64,000 bases of DNA. Origin: Candidatus Omnitrophota bacterium. Its GTDB lineage: Bacteria; Omnitrophota; Gorgyraeia; Gorgyraeales; Gorgyraeaceae. Positions within the stretch are counted from its first letter, which is position 1. Every line of letters starts with the position of its first letter. The notes under the pieces were generated by a model, which was not told where the DNA came from, did no database searches, and saw nothing but the letters and a program-made list of their open reading frames with translations. Of this stretch, positions 45,414 through 55,077 are shown piece after piece. The stretch spans positions 3,185 through 67,184 of the forward strand of contig JAPLMD010000042.1 of the NCBI GenBank assembly GCA_026387235.1. The letters run 5' to 3'. Both the position numbers and the translations under genes were made by a program.

Positions 45414-45526
45414 GTTTCTCTCCTTAGCTAAGCATTGTGGTTCGACGCGCTCGCTTCGCTCGCTTGCTCACCACCATCCTGAGCAAGCGAAAATTTTATA
45501 AAATAAAATTTTCGCGCGTCGAAGGA
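45414..45526 (-). repeat. Highly structured GC/AT palindromic element between tRNA-Arg and the PHP gene. Outer stem TTCGACGCGC/GCGCGTCGAA encloses hairpins GAAAATTTTAT-ttt-ATAAAATTTTC and GCTTGCTCA-N9-TGAGCAAGC, plus a GAGCGAAGCGAGC tract.
   Basis: Inverted repeats read directly. It shares TCGCTTCGCTCGCT with the rplS-leader palindrome (11436-11501). Confidence 0.5.
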
Positions 45527-45603
45527 TGGCGTCCCAGGGGCGATTCGAACGCCCGACCCCAGGTTTAGGAAACCTGTGCTCTATCCATCTGAGCTACTGG
45601 GAC
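45527..45603 (-). tRNA. tRNA-Arg (anticodon CCU), with encoded CCA.
   Basis: Manual cloverleaf: acceptor GTCCCAG/CTGGGAC (7 bp), D-arm GCTC-AGATGGATA-GAGC, anticodon arm CAGGT-TTCCTAA-ACCTG (CCU at 34-36), variable loop GGGTC, T-arm GGGCG-TTCGAAT-CGCCC, discriminator G, CCA. Confidence 0.85.
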
Positions 45604-45613
45604 CTTTGACCTT

Positions 45614-45661
45614 GGTCCACCTGCCAGGTGAGCCAGATGATGGCTCACCTGGCAGGTGGAC
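45614..45661. repeat. REP-type palindrome (third copy of the RAYT-associated family), immediately upstream of tRNA-Arg.
   Basis: GGTCCACCTGCCAGGTGAGCCA-gatga-TGGCTCACCTGGCAGGTGGAC. Confidence 0.8.
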
Positions 45662-45670
45662 AGGGATTTA

Positions 45671-46186
45671 TTAATACTGGACCATGGAATAGACCGGGAA
45701 ATCGCTTAATTTGGAACGGCCTTTTAAGTCTTCTAATTCTATGATGAAGGTAATCTCTACGATTTCGCCTTTCAGTTTTTTTACAAGATCTATTACTGCG
45801 CCAAGCGTCCCACCTGTTGCCAATAAATCATCTATCAATAAAATCCTTGCCCCGGGTTTTATCGCATCTTGATGTATCTCAAGCGTATCTTCGCCGTATT
45901 CCAGAGAGTAAGTCGCCTGGATTGTTTTGGATGGAAGTTTTCCTTTTTTTCTGACAGGGACAAATCCTGCACCTAACTTATAAGCCAGGGCTCCGCCAAA
46001 AATAAAGCCGCGTGATTCTACGGCAAGGACTGCGTCTATTTTTTTATCAGCGTATCTTTTCGCAAGCGTATCTATAACTTCCCTGAACTTATCCTTGTTA
46101 CCGATAAGTGTCGTGATGTCTCTGAAAAGAATGCCTTTTTTGGGGAAGTCAGGGATGCTGCGTATGTATTTCTTTAAATCGTCCAT
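45671..46186 (-). CDS. apt: Adenine phosphoribosyltransferase.
   Basis: IR.IPDFPK.GI.FRDIT.L; PRPP-binding motif ILLIDDLLATGGT. 171 aa. Confidence 0.9.
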   Translation of the reverse strand: MDDLKKYIRSIPDFPKKGILFRDITTLIGNKDKFREVIDTLAKRYADKKIDAVLAVESRGFIFGGALAYKLGAGFVPVRKKGKLPSKTIQATYSLEYGEDTLEIHQDAIKPGARILLIDDLLATGGTLGAVIDLVKKLKGEIVEITFIIELEDLKGRSKLSDFPVYSMVQY

Positions 46187-47007
46187 TAATATTCTCCCAT
46201 CTCGCCGGTTTGCTGCATTATAAAAACTCGCAATTTTTCAAGCGCCGCGCTTTCTATCTGCCTGACCCTTTCTCTCGTGATACCGAACACCTTTGCTGTT
46301 TCGCCCAGGGTATGAGTAGCGCCGTCGCTTAAGCCAAATCTCAGGTCCAGTATCTTTTTTTCGCGTTCATTCATGCGGTCCAGCAGCTGGACAACCCTTT
46401 CGCGGCGAAGAGTATCAGTAACGTTATCCGTAGGAGATAAGCTAGAATTGTCCTCAATAAGGTCTATAAACTGCCCTGTGCTTTCGTCGCCGATAGGCGC
46501 GTCAAGAGAAGAAATCTTAGTGGCTGCCTCGCTTATCTCCCGTATTTTCTTCATAGAAAATCTCATCAGCTTTGCAACTTCTTTTGTCTTGGGCTTCCTG
46601 CCATATCTTTGAGTCAGCTGTTCAGTAACCCTTTTCCACCTGTTGATTATCTCTGTCATGTAAACAGGTATCCTGATGGTCTTGCCCTGATTCGCGACGG
46701 CCCTTGTAATATACTGCTTGATCCACCACGCCGCGTAAGTGGAAAATCTGTAGCCTTTATGCGGGTTGTATTTCTTCACAGCTTTCATAAGGCCGAGATT
46801 CCCTTCTTCGATCAGGTCCATCATCGGAACGCCTAATTTCGAATACCGTTTGGCGATATTCACTACAAGCCTGAGATTAGCCTGTATCATCCTCTTCCTG
46901 GCATGCACATTGCCTATCCTGACCTTCTTTGACAAGGATATCTCCTCTTCCGCGGTCAGTAGAGGCGTATCTTTTATTGCCCTGAGATATAATTTTATAG
47001 CATCCAT
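46186..47007 (-). CDS. RNA polymerase sigma factor, sigma-70 family (compact RpoD/RpoS-like; regions 2-4).
   Basis: Region 2 (LIEEGNLGLMKAVKKY....GYRFSTYAAWWIKQ.I.RA). Region 4 HTH (TL.E.AK.FGITRERVRQIE..AL.KLR). The start is called at MDAIKLYL (47007), abutting the ppdK stop. Confidence 0.85.
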   Translation of the reverse strand: MDAIKLYLRAIKDTPLLTAEEEISLSKKVRIGNVHARKRMIQANLRLVVNIAKRYSKLGVPMMDLIEEGNLGLMKAVKKYNPHKGYRFSTYAAWWIKQYITRAVANQGKTIRIPVYMTEIINRWKRVTEQLTQRYGRKPKTKEVAKLMRFSMKKIREISEAATKISSLDAPIGDESTGQFIDLIEDNSSLSPTDNVTDTLRRERVVQLLDRMNEREKKILDLRFGLSDGATHTLGETAKVFGITRERVRQIESAALEKLRVFIMQQTGEMGEY

Positions 47008-47009
47008 GT

Positions 47010-49736
47010 TTATTTTTTTTCTTTCACCTGAGCCTGCGCTGCAGCGAGCCTGGCAATAGGAACCCTGAAAGGTGAACAACTTACGTAGTTCATGCCAACC
47101 CTGTGGCAGAATTCCACTGATTTAGGCTCTCCGCCGTGCTCTCCGCAAATACCAACCTTCAGGTCTTTGCGCGTTTTTCTTCCGCGATCAATAGCTATCT
47201 TTATAAGCTCACCGACTCCGTCCTGGTCAATTGTCTGAAACGGGTCATTAGGCAGAATATTCTTCTCGAGATACGCCGGAAGGAATCCAGCCATGTCATC
47301 CCTTGAAAAACAAAAGCTCATCTGAGTAAGATCATTAGTGCCGAAAGAGAAAAACTCAGCTTCTTCGGCAATACGGCCTGCCATAAGAGCGGCTCTCGGA
47401 ATTTCAATCATCGTGCCGAACATGTGAGGTATTTTCTTTACCTTATATTTAACTATAACCTCTTGGTAAACTTTTTCCGCGAGTTTTTTCTGATCTATCA
47501 ATTCATTCTTATCGCATACGACAGGAATCATTATCTCAGGAGAGACTTTCTTGCCGGCCTGAATAAGTTCGCACGCTGATTCAAGTATCGCTCGCACCTG
47601 CATCTCAGTCACTTCAGGATAAGTAACTCCCAATCTCACCCCGCGATGGCCCATCATAGGATTAGATTCACGTAAGTTTGAAGCCCTCTTTTCCAATTCC
47701 TCCAAGGATATATTCAGGCTTACTGCGAGTTCCTTTAGCTTTACTTCCTCGTGCGGTATAAACTCATGAAGAGGCGGATCCAGAAGCCTTATGGTAACCG
47801 GATACCCTTCCATTACCTCAAGAGTACCTTTTATGTCGCTCTTTACGTGTTCAAAAAGTTCAGCCAAGGCAGCTTTTCTTTCTTCCGCGGTCTTTGAAAC
47901 TATCATTTTTCTTAATTTAAATAAGGGGACTTCCGAACCTTTACCGTAAAACATGTGCTCTGTCCTGAAAAGGCCAATGCCTTCTGCGCCGAATGAGCGG
48001 GCTTTTTTCGCGTCGCTTGGAGTCTCTGCATTGGTCCTGATTTTTAATTTTCTGACAGAGTCGCATATCTTAAGAAATTTATTGAAAATCTCGTTTTCTT
48101 CTGTGGCGTCCATCATGGGAAGTTTTCCTTCATACACATAACCTTTTGTTCCGTTAAGCGTAATCCAGTCGCCTTCCTTGAAAGTTTTTCCTCCGGCAGA
48201 AAATTGTTTTGCTCCTGAGTTAATCGTTATGCCGCCGCAGCCTACAATACAGCATTTCCCCCAGCCCCTGGCAACAAGAGCCGCGTGCGAGGTCATGCCG
48301 CCTCTCACTGTAAGTATTGCCTCAGCTGCCCTCATGCCTTCAACGTCTTCGGGATTTGTTTCTTCGCGGACAAGGATCACATTTTTACCTTCCTTTTTCC
48401 ACCTTACAGCTTCTTCTGCTGTAAATACCGCCTGGCCGCATGCGCCTCCCGGGCCTGCAGGCAAACCCTTTGCAATAGGCTTGCTTAACTTTTCTGTTTT
48501 AGGATCTATAATAGGGTGCAGTAATTCATCCAGCTGGTCAGGGGTAACTCTCATAACAGCTGTTTTTACGTCTATCAGTTTTTCTTTTACCATTTCCACT
48601 GCCATTCTTACGGCAGCAGGGCCGTTTCTTTTTCCTGAACGGCACTGAAGCATGAACAGTTTGCCTTTTTCAATGGTAAATTCAATGTCCTGCATGTCCT
48701 TATAATGCTTCTCCAGCCTTTTTCTTATTTCGCAGATATCTTTATAAATCGCAGGCATGAATTTTTCAAGTCTTACAAGCTCTTTATTGTGCTCGCTTGT
48801 AGAATACTCATTTATCGGAGCAGGCGTCCTTATGCCGGCGACAACGTCTTCGCCCTGCGCATTCACGAGATATTCGCCGTAAAAACCGTTTTCTCCGTTA
48901 CCCGGATTTCTGGTAAATGCAACTCCGGTGGCAGAATCATTGCCCATATTCCCAAAAACCATTGTCTGCACGTTTACCGCGGTGCCCCATTCATGGGGAA
49001 TGCCTTCAATCCTCCTGTAAGAGATGGCTCTCTTGCCGTTCCAAGACGCGAATACAGCGCTTATGCCTCCCCATAACTGCTCGTAAGGATCATCCGGAAA
49101 ATCTTTTTTAAGGACTTCTTTTATTTTCTTTTTAAATTCTGCGCAAAGTTTTTTCAAATCTTCGGCATTCAAATCAGTATCATTCTTTACGCCTTTTTTA
49201 TGCTTCACGCTGTCCATTATTCTCTCGAGCTGCTTGCGTATCCCCATGTCGCCCTCAGGCTCAACGCCAGCTGCCTTTTCCATCACAACGTCGGAATACA
49301 TCATTATAAGGCGCCTGTACGCGTCATAAACAAACCTCTCGTTTCCTGTCTCTCTTATAAGGCCGGGGATTGTTTTCTCTGTAAGGCCTACATTTAAAAC
49401 TGTTTCCATCATGCCGGGCATGGATTTGCGGGCGCCGGAACGCACAGAAACAAGTAAAGGATTATTAGCATCGCCGAATCCCTTATTCATTAATCTTTCA
49501 ATCTTTGCCAGATTTTTATCGACATCTTCCCTGAGCCCCTTGGGATATTTTCCTTTATTCTGATAATAGTAAGCGCATATTTCAGTCGTAATCGTAAATC
49601 CTGGAGGAACAGGCAGTTTTAAATCCTTATGGCCTGCCATTTCAGCAAGGTTAGCGCCCTTGCCTCCCAGAAGATTTTTCATGCTTTCGTTTCCGTCCGC
49701 TTTTCCACCGCCAAAGAAGTAAACCACTTTGCTCAT
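47010..49736 (-). CDS. ppdK: Pyruvate, phosphate dikinase.
   Basis: 908 aa. N-terminal ATP-grasp (FGGGK.DGN...K.LLGGKGANLAEM). Phospho-His domain (GGMTSHAA.VARG.G). C-terminal PEP-utilising TIM barrel. Confidence 0.95.
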   Translation of the reverse strand: MSKVVYFFGGGKADGNESMKNLLGGKGANLAEMAGHKDLKLPVPPGFTITTEICAYYYQNKGKYPKGLREDVDKNLAKIERLMNKGFGDANNPLLVSVRSGARKSMPGMMETVLNVGLTEKTIPGLIRETGNERFVYDAYRRLIMMYSDVVMEKAAGVEPEGDMGIRKQLERIMDSVKHKKGVKNDTDLNAEDLKKLCAEFKKKIKEVLKKDFPDDPYEQLWGGISAVFASWNGKRAISYRRIEGIPHEWGTAVNVQTMVFGNMGNDSATGVAFTRNPGNGENGFYGEYLVNAQGEDVVAGIRTPAPINEYSTSEHNKELVRLEKFMPAIYKDICEIRKRLEKHYKDMQDIEFTIEKGKLFMLQCRSGKRNGPAAVRMAVEMVKEKLIDVKTAVMRVTPDQLDELLHPIIDPKTEKLSKPIAKGLPAGPGGACGQAVFTAEEAVRWKKEGKNVILVREETNPEDVEGMRAAEAILTVRGGMTSHAALVARGWGKCCIVGCGGITINSGAKQFSAGGKTFKEGDWITLNGTKGYVYEGKLPMMDATEENEIFNKFLKICDSVRKLKIRTNAETPSDAKKARSFGAEGIGLFRTEHMFYGKGSEVPLFKLRKMIVSKTAEERKAALAELFEHVKSDIKGTLEVMEGYPVTIRLLDPPLHEFIPHEEVKLKELAVSLNISLEELEKRASNLRESNPMMGHRGVRLGVTYPEVTEMQVRAILESACELIQAGKKVSPEIMIPVVCDKNELIDQKKLAEKVYQEVIVKYKVKKIPHMFGTMIEIPRAALMAGRIAEEAEFFSFGTNDLTQMSFCFSRDDMAGFLPAYLEKNILPNDPFQTIDQDGVGELIKIAIDRGRKTRKDLKVGICGEHGGEPKSVEFCHRVGMNYVSCSPFRVPIARLAAAQAQVKEKK

Positions 49737-49763
49737 TTTTACTGCGCCCTTCCTTTCTATTGT

Positions 49764-51836
49764 TTATTGAACCACGATCTGAGGCAACATTGCCAGGTCC
49801 GCTACATCATTTGTGTAGAGTTTATTAATGGCCTGCATCATCGCAAGCCTGTTTTCGCGAAGAGAGCTGTCTTCCGTGTTCACAAGCACGTTGTCAAAAA
49901 ACTTATGCAGGACTTCGAAAAACGCGTCTCCGTAAGCCCTGGTAGCTTCTTCATATTTTTCTTCCTTTATCAGGTTCTCTATTGCCCGGTTATTGGCTGA
50001 ATACGCCTTCCACACCTCTTTTTCCAAATCCTCCTTTAAAAGGGTTTCATTTACAGCGCTTATCTTTTCGCCTTTGGCGCCTTTTAAAATATTAGATGTT
50101 CTCTCGCAGACCTTAGCTGTCTTTAAAAAATATTTCTCAGAGCTTATCTTGGAGAGCGCCTCTACTCTTTTAAATACGCCCACGATATCATTACAGCCTG
50201 ATTTAAGCACTGCCTGCTTTAATTCCAGCGGCTTGGTATCCGGCGTCAGAAATTCAAGCCTTTCCTTTATGTAGTCAATCACTTTTATTTCCAATTCTGC
50301 CTGTGATATTTTAAGCTTACCTTTATATAATTCTATGGCCTTTTTAATCAGGCTTTGAAATCCGATCCTGAGAGATCTATGATTTACGATCTGAATCAGG
50401 CCCTGGGAATTTCTTCTGATGCCGAACGGATCAAAACTTCCTTTCGGTTCTATCCCGCTTCCCAGAAGGCCTACTATATTATCGACCCTGTCGCTTATTG
50501 CGAGTATCGCGCCTTCTATTGTCTCGGGAAGATTATCATCCAGGCCTTTCGGAAGATAATGTTCTTTTATGGCTATTGCTACGGATTCTTTTTCTCCGCT
50601 TTTAAGGCTATATTCCATGCCCATCGCGCCCTGCAGGCTAGGAAATTCGCCTACCATCTGCGTAACGAGGTCTGTTTTGCATAAATAAGCCGCTCTTTTA
50701 ACAGCGCCTCTTTTATCAGGGCTTATATTTAATCTTTCCGAAATAAATGACGAAAGTTCTTCAAGCCTTTGAATTTTTTCGAACATATTACCTAAATCCT
50801 TTTGAAAAATCAAGTCTTTTAATTTAGGCGTCAGGTCCGAAAACGGCTTCTTGATATCTTCATTGTAAAAAAACAGGCTGTCCTTGAGCCTGGCTTCTAA
50901 AATATTGGCGTAAACCTTTTTCATTTTCTCTATGTTCCGGCCCTTGCCGTCAATTATGGCGATAAACTTATTAACAAGCTTATTATTTTTGGAAAGAGTG
51001 AATATCCTCTGATGTTTGGACATACTGGCAGCCAGGACGTCTTTAGGGACAGCGAGAAATCTCTTGTCAAAATCCCCTGTCATCAATACCGGAGACTTTA
51101 CCAGGAAATTCGTTTCCTCAAGGAGATTTTTGTCAATGTATTCATCCAGCCCAAGTTTTTTTTGAGCCGCGCTAATCATCTTTTCTATCTCCAGCTTTCT
51201 TTTGTCCTGGTCCAAGATACATGATTTTTCAAGTTTTTTAAGATACGCGCTTATTGATGCGCCTTTAATAAGTTTGGCTTCTACGTTCCAGATTTTAATC
51301 TTTATATTTTCCTTATCCAATAAAACCAGGATAGATTCTATGGGCCTTGCGAATCTCGCGCCTGAATCGTCCCACCTCATCGTCTTTGGAAAACTAATTG
51401 ATTTTACGATACCCGGCGTAATATCCCGCAGGACCTCTTTCGTGGGCCTTGATTTTATTTTCTTGACTATAAATACATACTCGCCTTTTGGCGTTTGTTT
51501 TATTTTTAAATCTTTTACATCCACCCCCTGATTCTTCGCGAAACCCATGCCCTGAGGCGTAGGTTTATTATTTTCATCAAATGCTATTTTCCTGGGCGGA
51601 CCACTTATCTCCTGAGAAAACTCTTCCTGTTTCAATAATATGTCTTTGATATGGCAGATGAGGACAGCAGCTGTCCCGAATACGGCAATATTTCCATGCG
51701 CTATGCGCTCTGTTTTAAGCCTTTCGATGAACGCGTTTTTCAGCTTATCCAAAGCAGGCCTCACGCAGCTAACCGGCAGCTCTTCAACATTGATCTCTAA
51801 TAAAAAATCGCTGATATCTCTAATATTTTTTTTCAT
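49764..51836 (-). CDS. glyS: Glycine--tRNA ligase beta subunit.
   Basis: 690 aa. N-terminal LLEI.VEELP. Located immediately after glyQ with a 4-nt overlap. Confidence 0.92.
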   Translation of the reverse strand: MKKNIRDISDFLLEINVEELPVSCVRPALDKLKNAFIERLKTERIAHGNIAVFGTAAVLICHIKDILLKQEEFSQEISGPPRKIAFDENNKPTPQGMGFAKNQGVDVKDLKIKQTPKGEYVFIVKKIKSRPTKEVLRDITPGIVKSISFPKTMRWDDSGARFARPIESILVLLDKENIKIKIWNVEAKLIKGASISAYLKKLEKSCILDQDKRKLEIEKMISAAQKKLGLDEYIDKNLLEETNFLVKSPVLMTGDFDKRFLAVPKDVLAASMSKHQRIFTLSKNNKLVNKFIAIIDGKGRNIEKMKKVYANILEARLKDSLFFYNEDIKKPFSDLTPKLKDLIFQKDLGNMFEKIQRLEELSSFISERLNISPDKRGAVKRAAYLCKTDLVTQMVGEFPSLQGAMGMEYSLKSGEKESVAIAIKEHYLPKGLDDNLPETIEGAILAISDRVDNIVGLLGSGIEPKGSFDPFGIRRNSQGLIQIVNHRSLRIGFQSLIKKAIELYKGKLKISQAELEIKVIDYIKERLEFLTPDTKPLELKQAVLKSGCNDIVGVFKRVEALSKISSEKYFLKTAKVCERTSNILKGAKGEKISAVNETLLKEDLEKEVWKAYSANNRAIENLIKEEKYEEATRAYGDAFFEVLHKFFDNVLVNTEDSSLRENRLAMMQAINKLYTNDVADLAMLPQIVVQ

Positions 51837-52684
51837 ACAATACTACCGAGGTAGAGGTCTGCGCAGCGCTTAGCGAGAGAGCGAACCCTTGCGATATAGC
51901 GAGGCCTCTCGTTCTGGCTTATTGCGCCCCTTGCGTCCAGCACATTAAATGCGTGCGACGTCTTTAGAACAAAACCATAAGCGGGATAGGCAAGCCCTTT
52001 ATCCGCCAATCTGTTTGCTTCTTTTTCAAAAAATTCAAACATCTTTGAATGCATCTCTATGTCAGCTTCTTCGAAATTGTACTTTGAATATTCTATTTCG
52101 TGCTGCCTGTGAATGTCGCCGTAAGTCACGCTGTTATGCCACTCCAAGTCAAATAAATTGAATTTTTCCTGGATAAACATGCATATCCGCTCAAGTCCAT
52201 AGGTTATTTCGCAAGGCACGAGATCCAATTCTATGCCTGCCACCTGCTGAAAATACGTAAACTGCGTAATCTCAAAACTGTCCAGCCATACTTCCCAGCC
52301 TAGACCTGATGCGCCCAAAGTAGGAGATTCCCAGTCATCCTCCACAAATCTCGCTTCATGAGCCTTTAAATCCACTCCCAGGAATTTAAGGCTATCAAGA
52401 TAAACTTTTCTTATATCAGGAATTGTTGGTTTTATAATGACCTGATACTGGTAATAATGCTGGAGCCTCAGAGGGTTATCCGCATATCTGCCGTCGCAAG
52501 GCCGCCTTGAAGGCTGGACATACGCGCAGCGCCACGGGTCCTTTCCGAGCGATTTAAAGAACGTAGCAGGATGAAATGTGCCTGCGCCGACCTCTGTATC
52601 CAATGGTTCGACAACAAGGCACCCCTTGTCTGACCAGAACTTGTTCAACCGCTCTATTACTTCCTGAAATGATAGTTTTTTCAT
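51833..52684 (-). CDS. glyQ: Glycine--tRNA ligase alpha subunit.
   Basis: FQ..I..L..FW...GC....P.D.E.GAGT; highly conserved GlyQ throughout. 283 aa. Confidence 0.93.
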   Translation of the reverse strand: MKKLSFQEVIERLNKFWSDKGCLVVEPLDTEVGAGTFHPATFFKSLGKDPWRCAYVQPSRRPCDGRYADNPLRLQHYYQYQVIIKPTIPDIRKVYLDSLKFLGVDLKAHEARFVEDDWESPTLGASGLGWEVWLDSFEITQFTYFQQVAGIELDLVPCEITYGLERICMFIQEKFNLFDLEWHNSVTYGDIHRQHEIEYSKYNFEEADIEMHSKMFEFFEKEANRLADKGLAYPAYGFVLKTSHAFNVLDARGAISQNERPRYIARVRSLAKRCADLYLGSIV

Positions 52685-53319
52685 ATTAAAAACCTTGTTG
52701 TTTTTAAAGGCCTGTCTAAATTTTCCTCTATTATCTTGCCGGTAATTGCTTTTATCTCGGCATTCACGTCTTTTGTCAATTTCATATTAGAAGCGGTTTT
52801 CCACGATTCTTTTTCCAGATGCATAACGCTCGACATGGCGCCTTTGGTCAATTTGAAATATTCAGCGCCGGGCCAGAAACCAAGGGCCTTTAATAATTTT
52901 ATTTCAAAAAGCCTGGTTATGCTTTCCGCTTCTTTGCCGCTATCCAAAAATTTAAAACTATTGCACAGGCTGTCAAACACCTCTTCTGATTTCTCTCCGG
53001 GTTCGGTAAATACGTCCACCAGCTCCAGCATGTAATACGCCGAAGAAGCCCTGATCCATTCCTTGAGTATATTAAGGAATACTTCCTGCGTCTCGCACTG
53101 CGACACTATAGAAATGCCGCCGATTTTTTTTTCGTAAAAAACTACCTGGTCCAGACTGAAAAATATGGGGTTCGCGTCGCCCCTCGGCCTATAACCCCTG
53201 GCGCCTTTTATAATACCGTCTACTTTTCCGAAATCTTTCGTAAAAAAAGTAAGGATAAAGCTAGTTTCCCTGAAGTCCTTCTTTTTTAAAAGTATCGCTT
53301 CTGTTTTCTGTATTGCCAT
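52681..53319 (-). CDS. recO: DNA repair protein RecO.
   Basis: N-terminal OB fold ([35 protein letters not shown]). 212 aa. Its start overlaps the upstream gene's 3' end by ~59 nt. Confidence 0.8.
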   Translation of the reverse strand: MAIQKTEAILLKKKDFRETSFILTFFTKDFGKVDGIIKGARGYRPRGDANPIFFSLDQVVFYEKKIGGISIVSQCETQEVFLNILKEWIRASSAYYMLELVDVFTEPGEKSEEVFDSLCNSFKFLDSGKEAESITRLFEIKLLKALGFWPGAEYFKLTKGAMSSVMHLEKESWKTASNMKLTKDVNAEIKAITGKIIEENLDRPLKTTRFLI

Positions 53320-53938
53320 AATCGGCTTTTGGCGTAACTGCTCCGCCTGAAATAATCATTTTCATTCCTTCTGTCACAGACATATCCAATAGAATAATGT
53401 CCTCCCGCGGCACAAGCACCAGCATGCCCGAAGTAGGGTTAGGCGTGGTGGGCACAAAAACATTTACGACATTTTCCTTTGTCTTTTTCTGAACCTCGCC
53501 TTGCGCTTCCGAAGTAATAAATCCTATGGCATAAACCCCGTTTTTAGGATATTGCACTAAAACAACTCTTTTAAAAATGGATTCATGATTAGATAAAAAA
53601 GCGGACGACATCTCTTTCAGGCCTTTGTAGATTGTGCTGATCATTGGGACCTTATATAAAATACTTTCTCCAAAACCGAATATATTCCTCAGCAGTATAA
53701 TCCTTGCAGCAAACCCAGTCAGCGTCAATAGCGTCAGCAAAATAAAAAATATCGCCGCTTTCGTAAAAAATTCCACGGATACCCTGTCAGGCAGCCAGAA
53801 CTGGAATATTTTCATTATAGGCTCTAATAATAAAAGATTGAGCCTGCTTATAACAAAATACAGCACCCAGAAAGTCAAAACTGCCGGAATTACCAATAAC
53901 AGCCCTGCAAAAAAATTAGTCCTTATTTTACGCCACAT
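53261..53938 (-). CDS. DUF502 family membrane protein.
   Basis: Typical DUF502 N-terminus (MWRKIRTNFFAGLLLVIPAVLTFWVL.F....L......I). 225 aa. Confidence 0.7.
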   Translation of the reverse strand: MWRKIRTNFFAGLLLVIPAVLTFWVLYFVISRLNLLLLEPIMKIFQFWLPDRVSVEFFTKAAIFFILLTLLTLTGFAARIILLRNIFGFGESILYKVPMISTIYKGLKEMSSAFLSNHESIFKRVVLVQYPKNGVYAIGFITSEAQGEVQKKTKENVVNVFVPTTPNPTSGMLVLVPREDIILLDMSVTEGMKMIISGGAVTPKADYGNTENRSDTFKKEGLQGN

Positions 53939-53939
53939 G

Positions 53940-54644
53940 CTATATCCTCAATAATTGAAACATAAACACCGTTATCAAAACCCCTACCAGCGCGCCTATA
54001 AAAACCTCCACGAGGCTGTGGATCTGCGCGCTGACCCTGCTTCTGGCCACCAGAATCGCCAGTATAAACACAAGAAAAATCACCAAGCTATTAGGATAAA
54101 GAAGCGATATCACCGTCCATATTGAAAACGCTATTGCGCTGTGGCCGCTCGGCATGCCGCCTCTTGAAGGCGTGCCTTTATTTAAAAATAGCTTGCTCAA
54201 AACTACTATAACCAGAATAAGGATAAATATTATAAACGTTATATGCCAGCTGGATTCTCTTATTTTCATGATATTATCTTCTATCCTGATCCCTACTCTG
54301 GAGACGAACAAAATATAACCGACTACCGCTGCAGTCATTGCGCTCAATAAAACCGCTCCGGCGCCTATATCTTTTACTATCCTCGCGAGAGGATGATATT
54401 CCATGCTCACCACCAGGTTCACCGTGTGCTCAATAGCGGTATTGAACATCTCCGCGAAAAGGACAAACGCTATAGTAAGGCACAACACCATTAATTCTAT
54501 ATAATTAAAGTTCAGGATTATACCGAGAAGAAAAGCGAAAAGCCCCATTAAAAAATGAAGCCTCATGTTACGCTGGCTTTTAAAGACGTATACAAAACCT
54601 TCTATGGCCGCATTAAAACTTTCTGCTAACCTCTGCTGCTGCAT
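53940..54644 (-). CDS. dgkA: Fusion protein: DgkA-family (diacylglycerol/undecaprenol) kinase N-domain + PAP2-type phosphatase C-domain.
   Basis: The DgkA block (…NAAIEGFVY.F..Q.N.R.H...........L......E...L.....VL..E..NTAIE..V.....E.HPLA...KD..AGAVL) is followed by two extra transmembrane helices carrying PAP2 motifs PSGHS and SR(x5)H(x3)E. Confidence 0.75.
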   Translation of the reverse strand: MQQQRLAESFNAAIEGFVYVFKSQRNMRLHFLMGLFAFLLGIILNFNYIELMVLCLTIAFVLFAEMFNTAIEHTVNLVVSMEYHPLARIVKDIGAGAVLLSAMTAAVVGYILFVSRVGIRIEDNIMKIRESSWHITFIIFILILVIVVLSKLFLNKGTPSRGGMPSGHSAIAFSIWTVISLLYPNSLVIFLVFILAILVARSRVSAQIHSLVEVFIGALVGVLITVFMFQLLRI

Positions 54645-55063
54645 AAACTTTCCATTAACTCCTTTTCCTTCTGTTTCATCTTTTTCCTTTTTCTGATTTT
54701 TTCATCATCATAACCTAATAAATGCAGTATACCGTGCACAAAGTAAAGATCCAGCTCATCCTGTAAATCTTTTTTTCTTTTCTTTGCTTCCCTCTTGGCT
54801 GTTTCTACGGATATTACTACGTCTCCGAGTATGACTCCCGAAAGCCTCCTGGAATCGCGCATCGGAAACGCTAATACGTCCGTAGCGGAATCGTTTCCTC
54901 TATATTTCCAGTTCAGGTTCCTGATATACGTGTCGTTTACAAGAACAAGGCTTAATTCCGCGTCATTCTCGCCCATTGCTTTCAATACGTAATTCGCGCA
55001 TTCTATTACCTTGTTTTTATCGATCTTTGCTACGCTCTGTAAATTTTGTATATCTATTTTCAT
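54626..55063 (-). CDS. ybeY: rRNA maturation endoribonuclease YbeY.
   Basis: HG.LHLLGYDD zinc-binding motif. 145 aa. Confidence 0.88.
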   Translation of the reverse strand: MKIDIQNLQSVAKIDKNKVIECANYVLKAMGENDAELSLVLVNDTYIRNLNWKYRGNDSATDVLAFPMRDSRRLSGVILGDVVISVETAKREAKKRKKDLQDELDLYFVHGILHLLGYDDEKIRKRKKMKQKEKELMESLCSSRG

Positions 55064-55077
55064 AAATTTAAAATTTC

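Noticed and set aside
45527-45670. An integrated element or prophage at the tRNA-Arg 3' end
   Set aside because: No integrase, direct repeat of the tRNA 3' end, or phage genes are nearby. There are only REP-type palindromes and housekeeping genes.
53261-53319. The 59-nt recO/DUF502 overlap as a frameshift or pseudogene
   Set aside because: Both proteins have intact, family-typical termini, and the overlap is in different frames. It is more likely a genuine overlap or a slightly later recO start than a disrupted gene.
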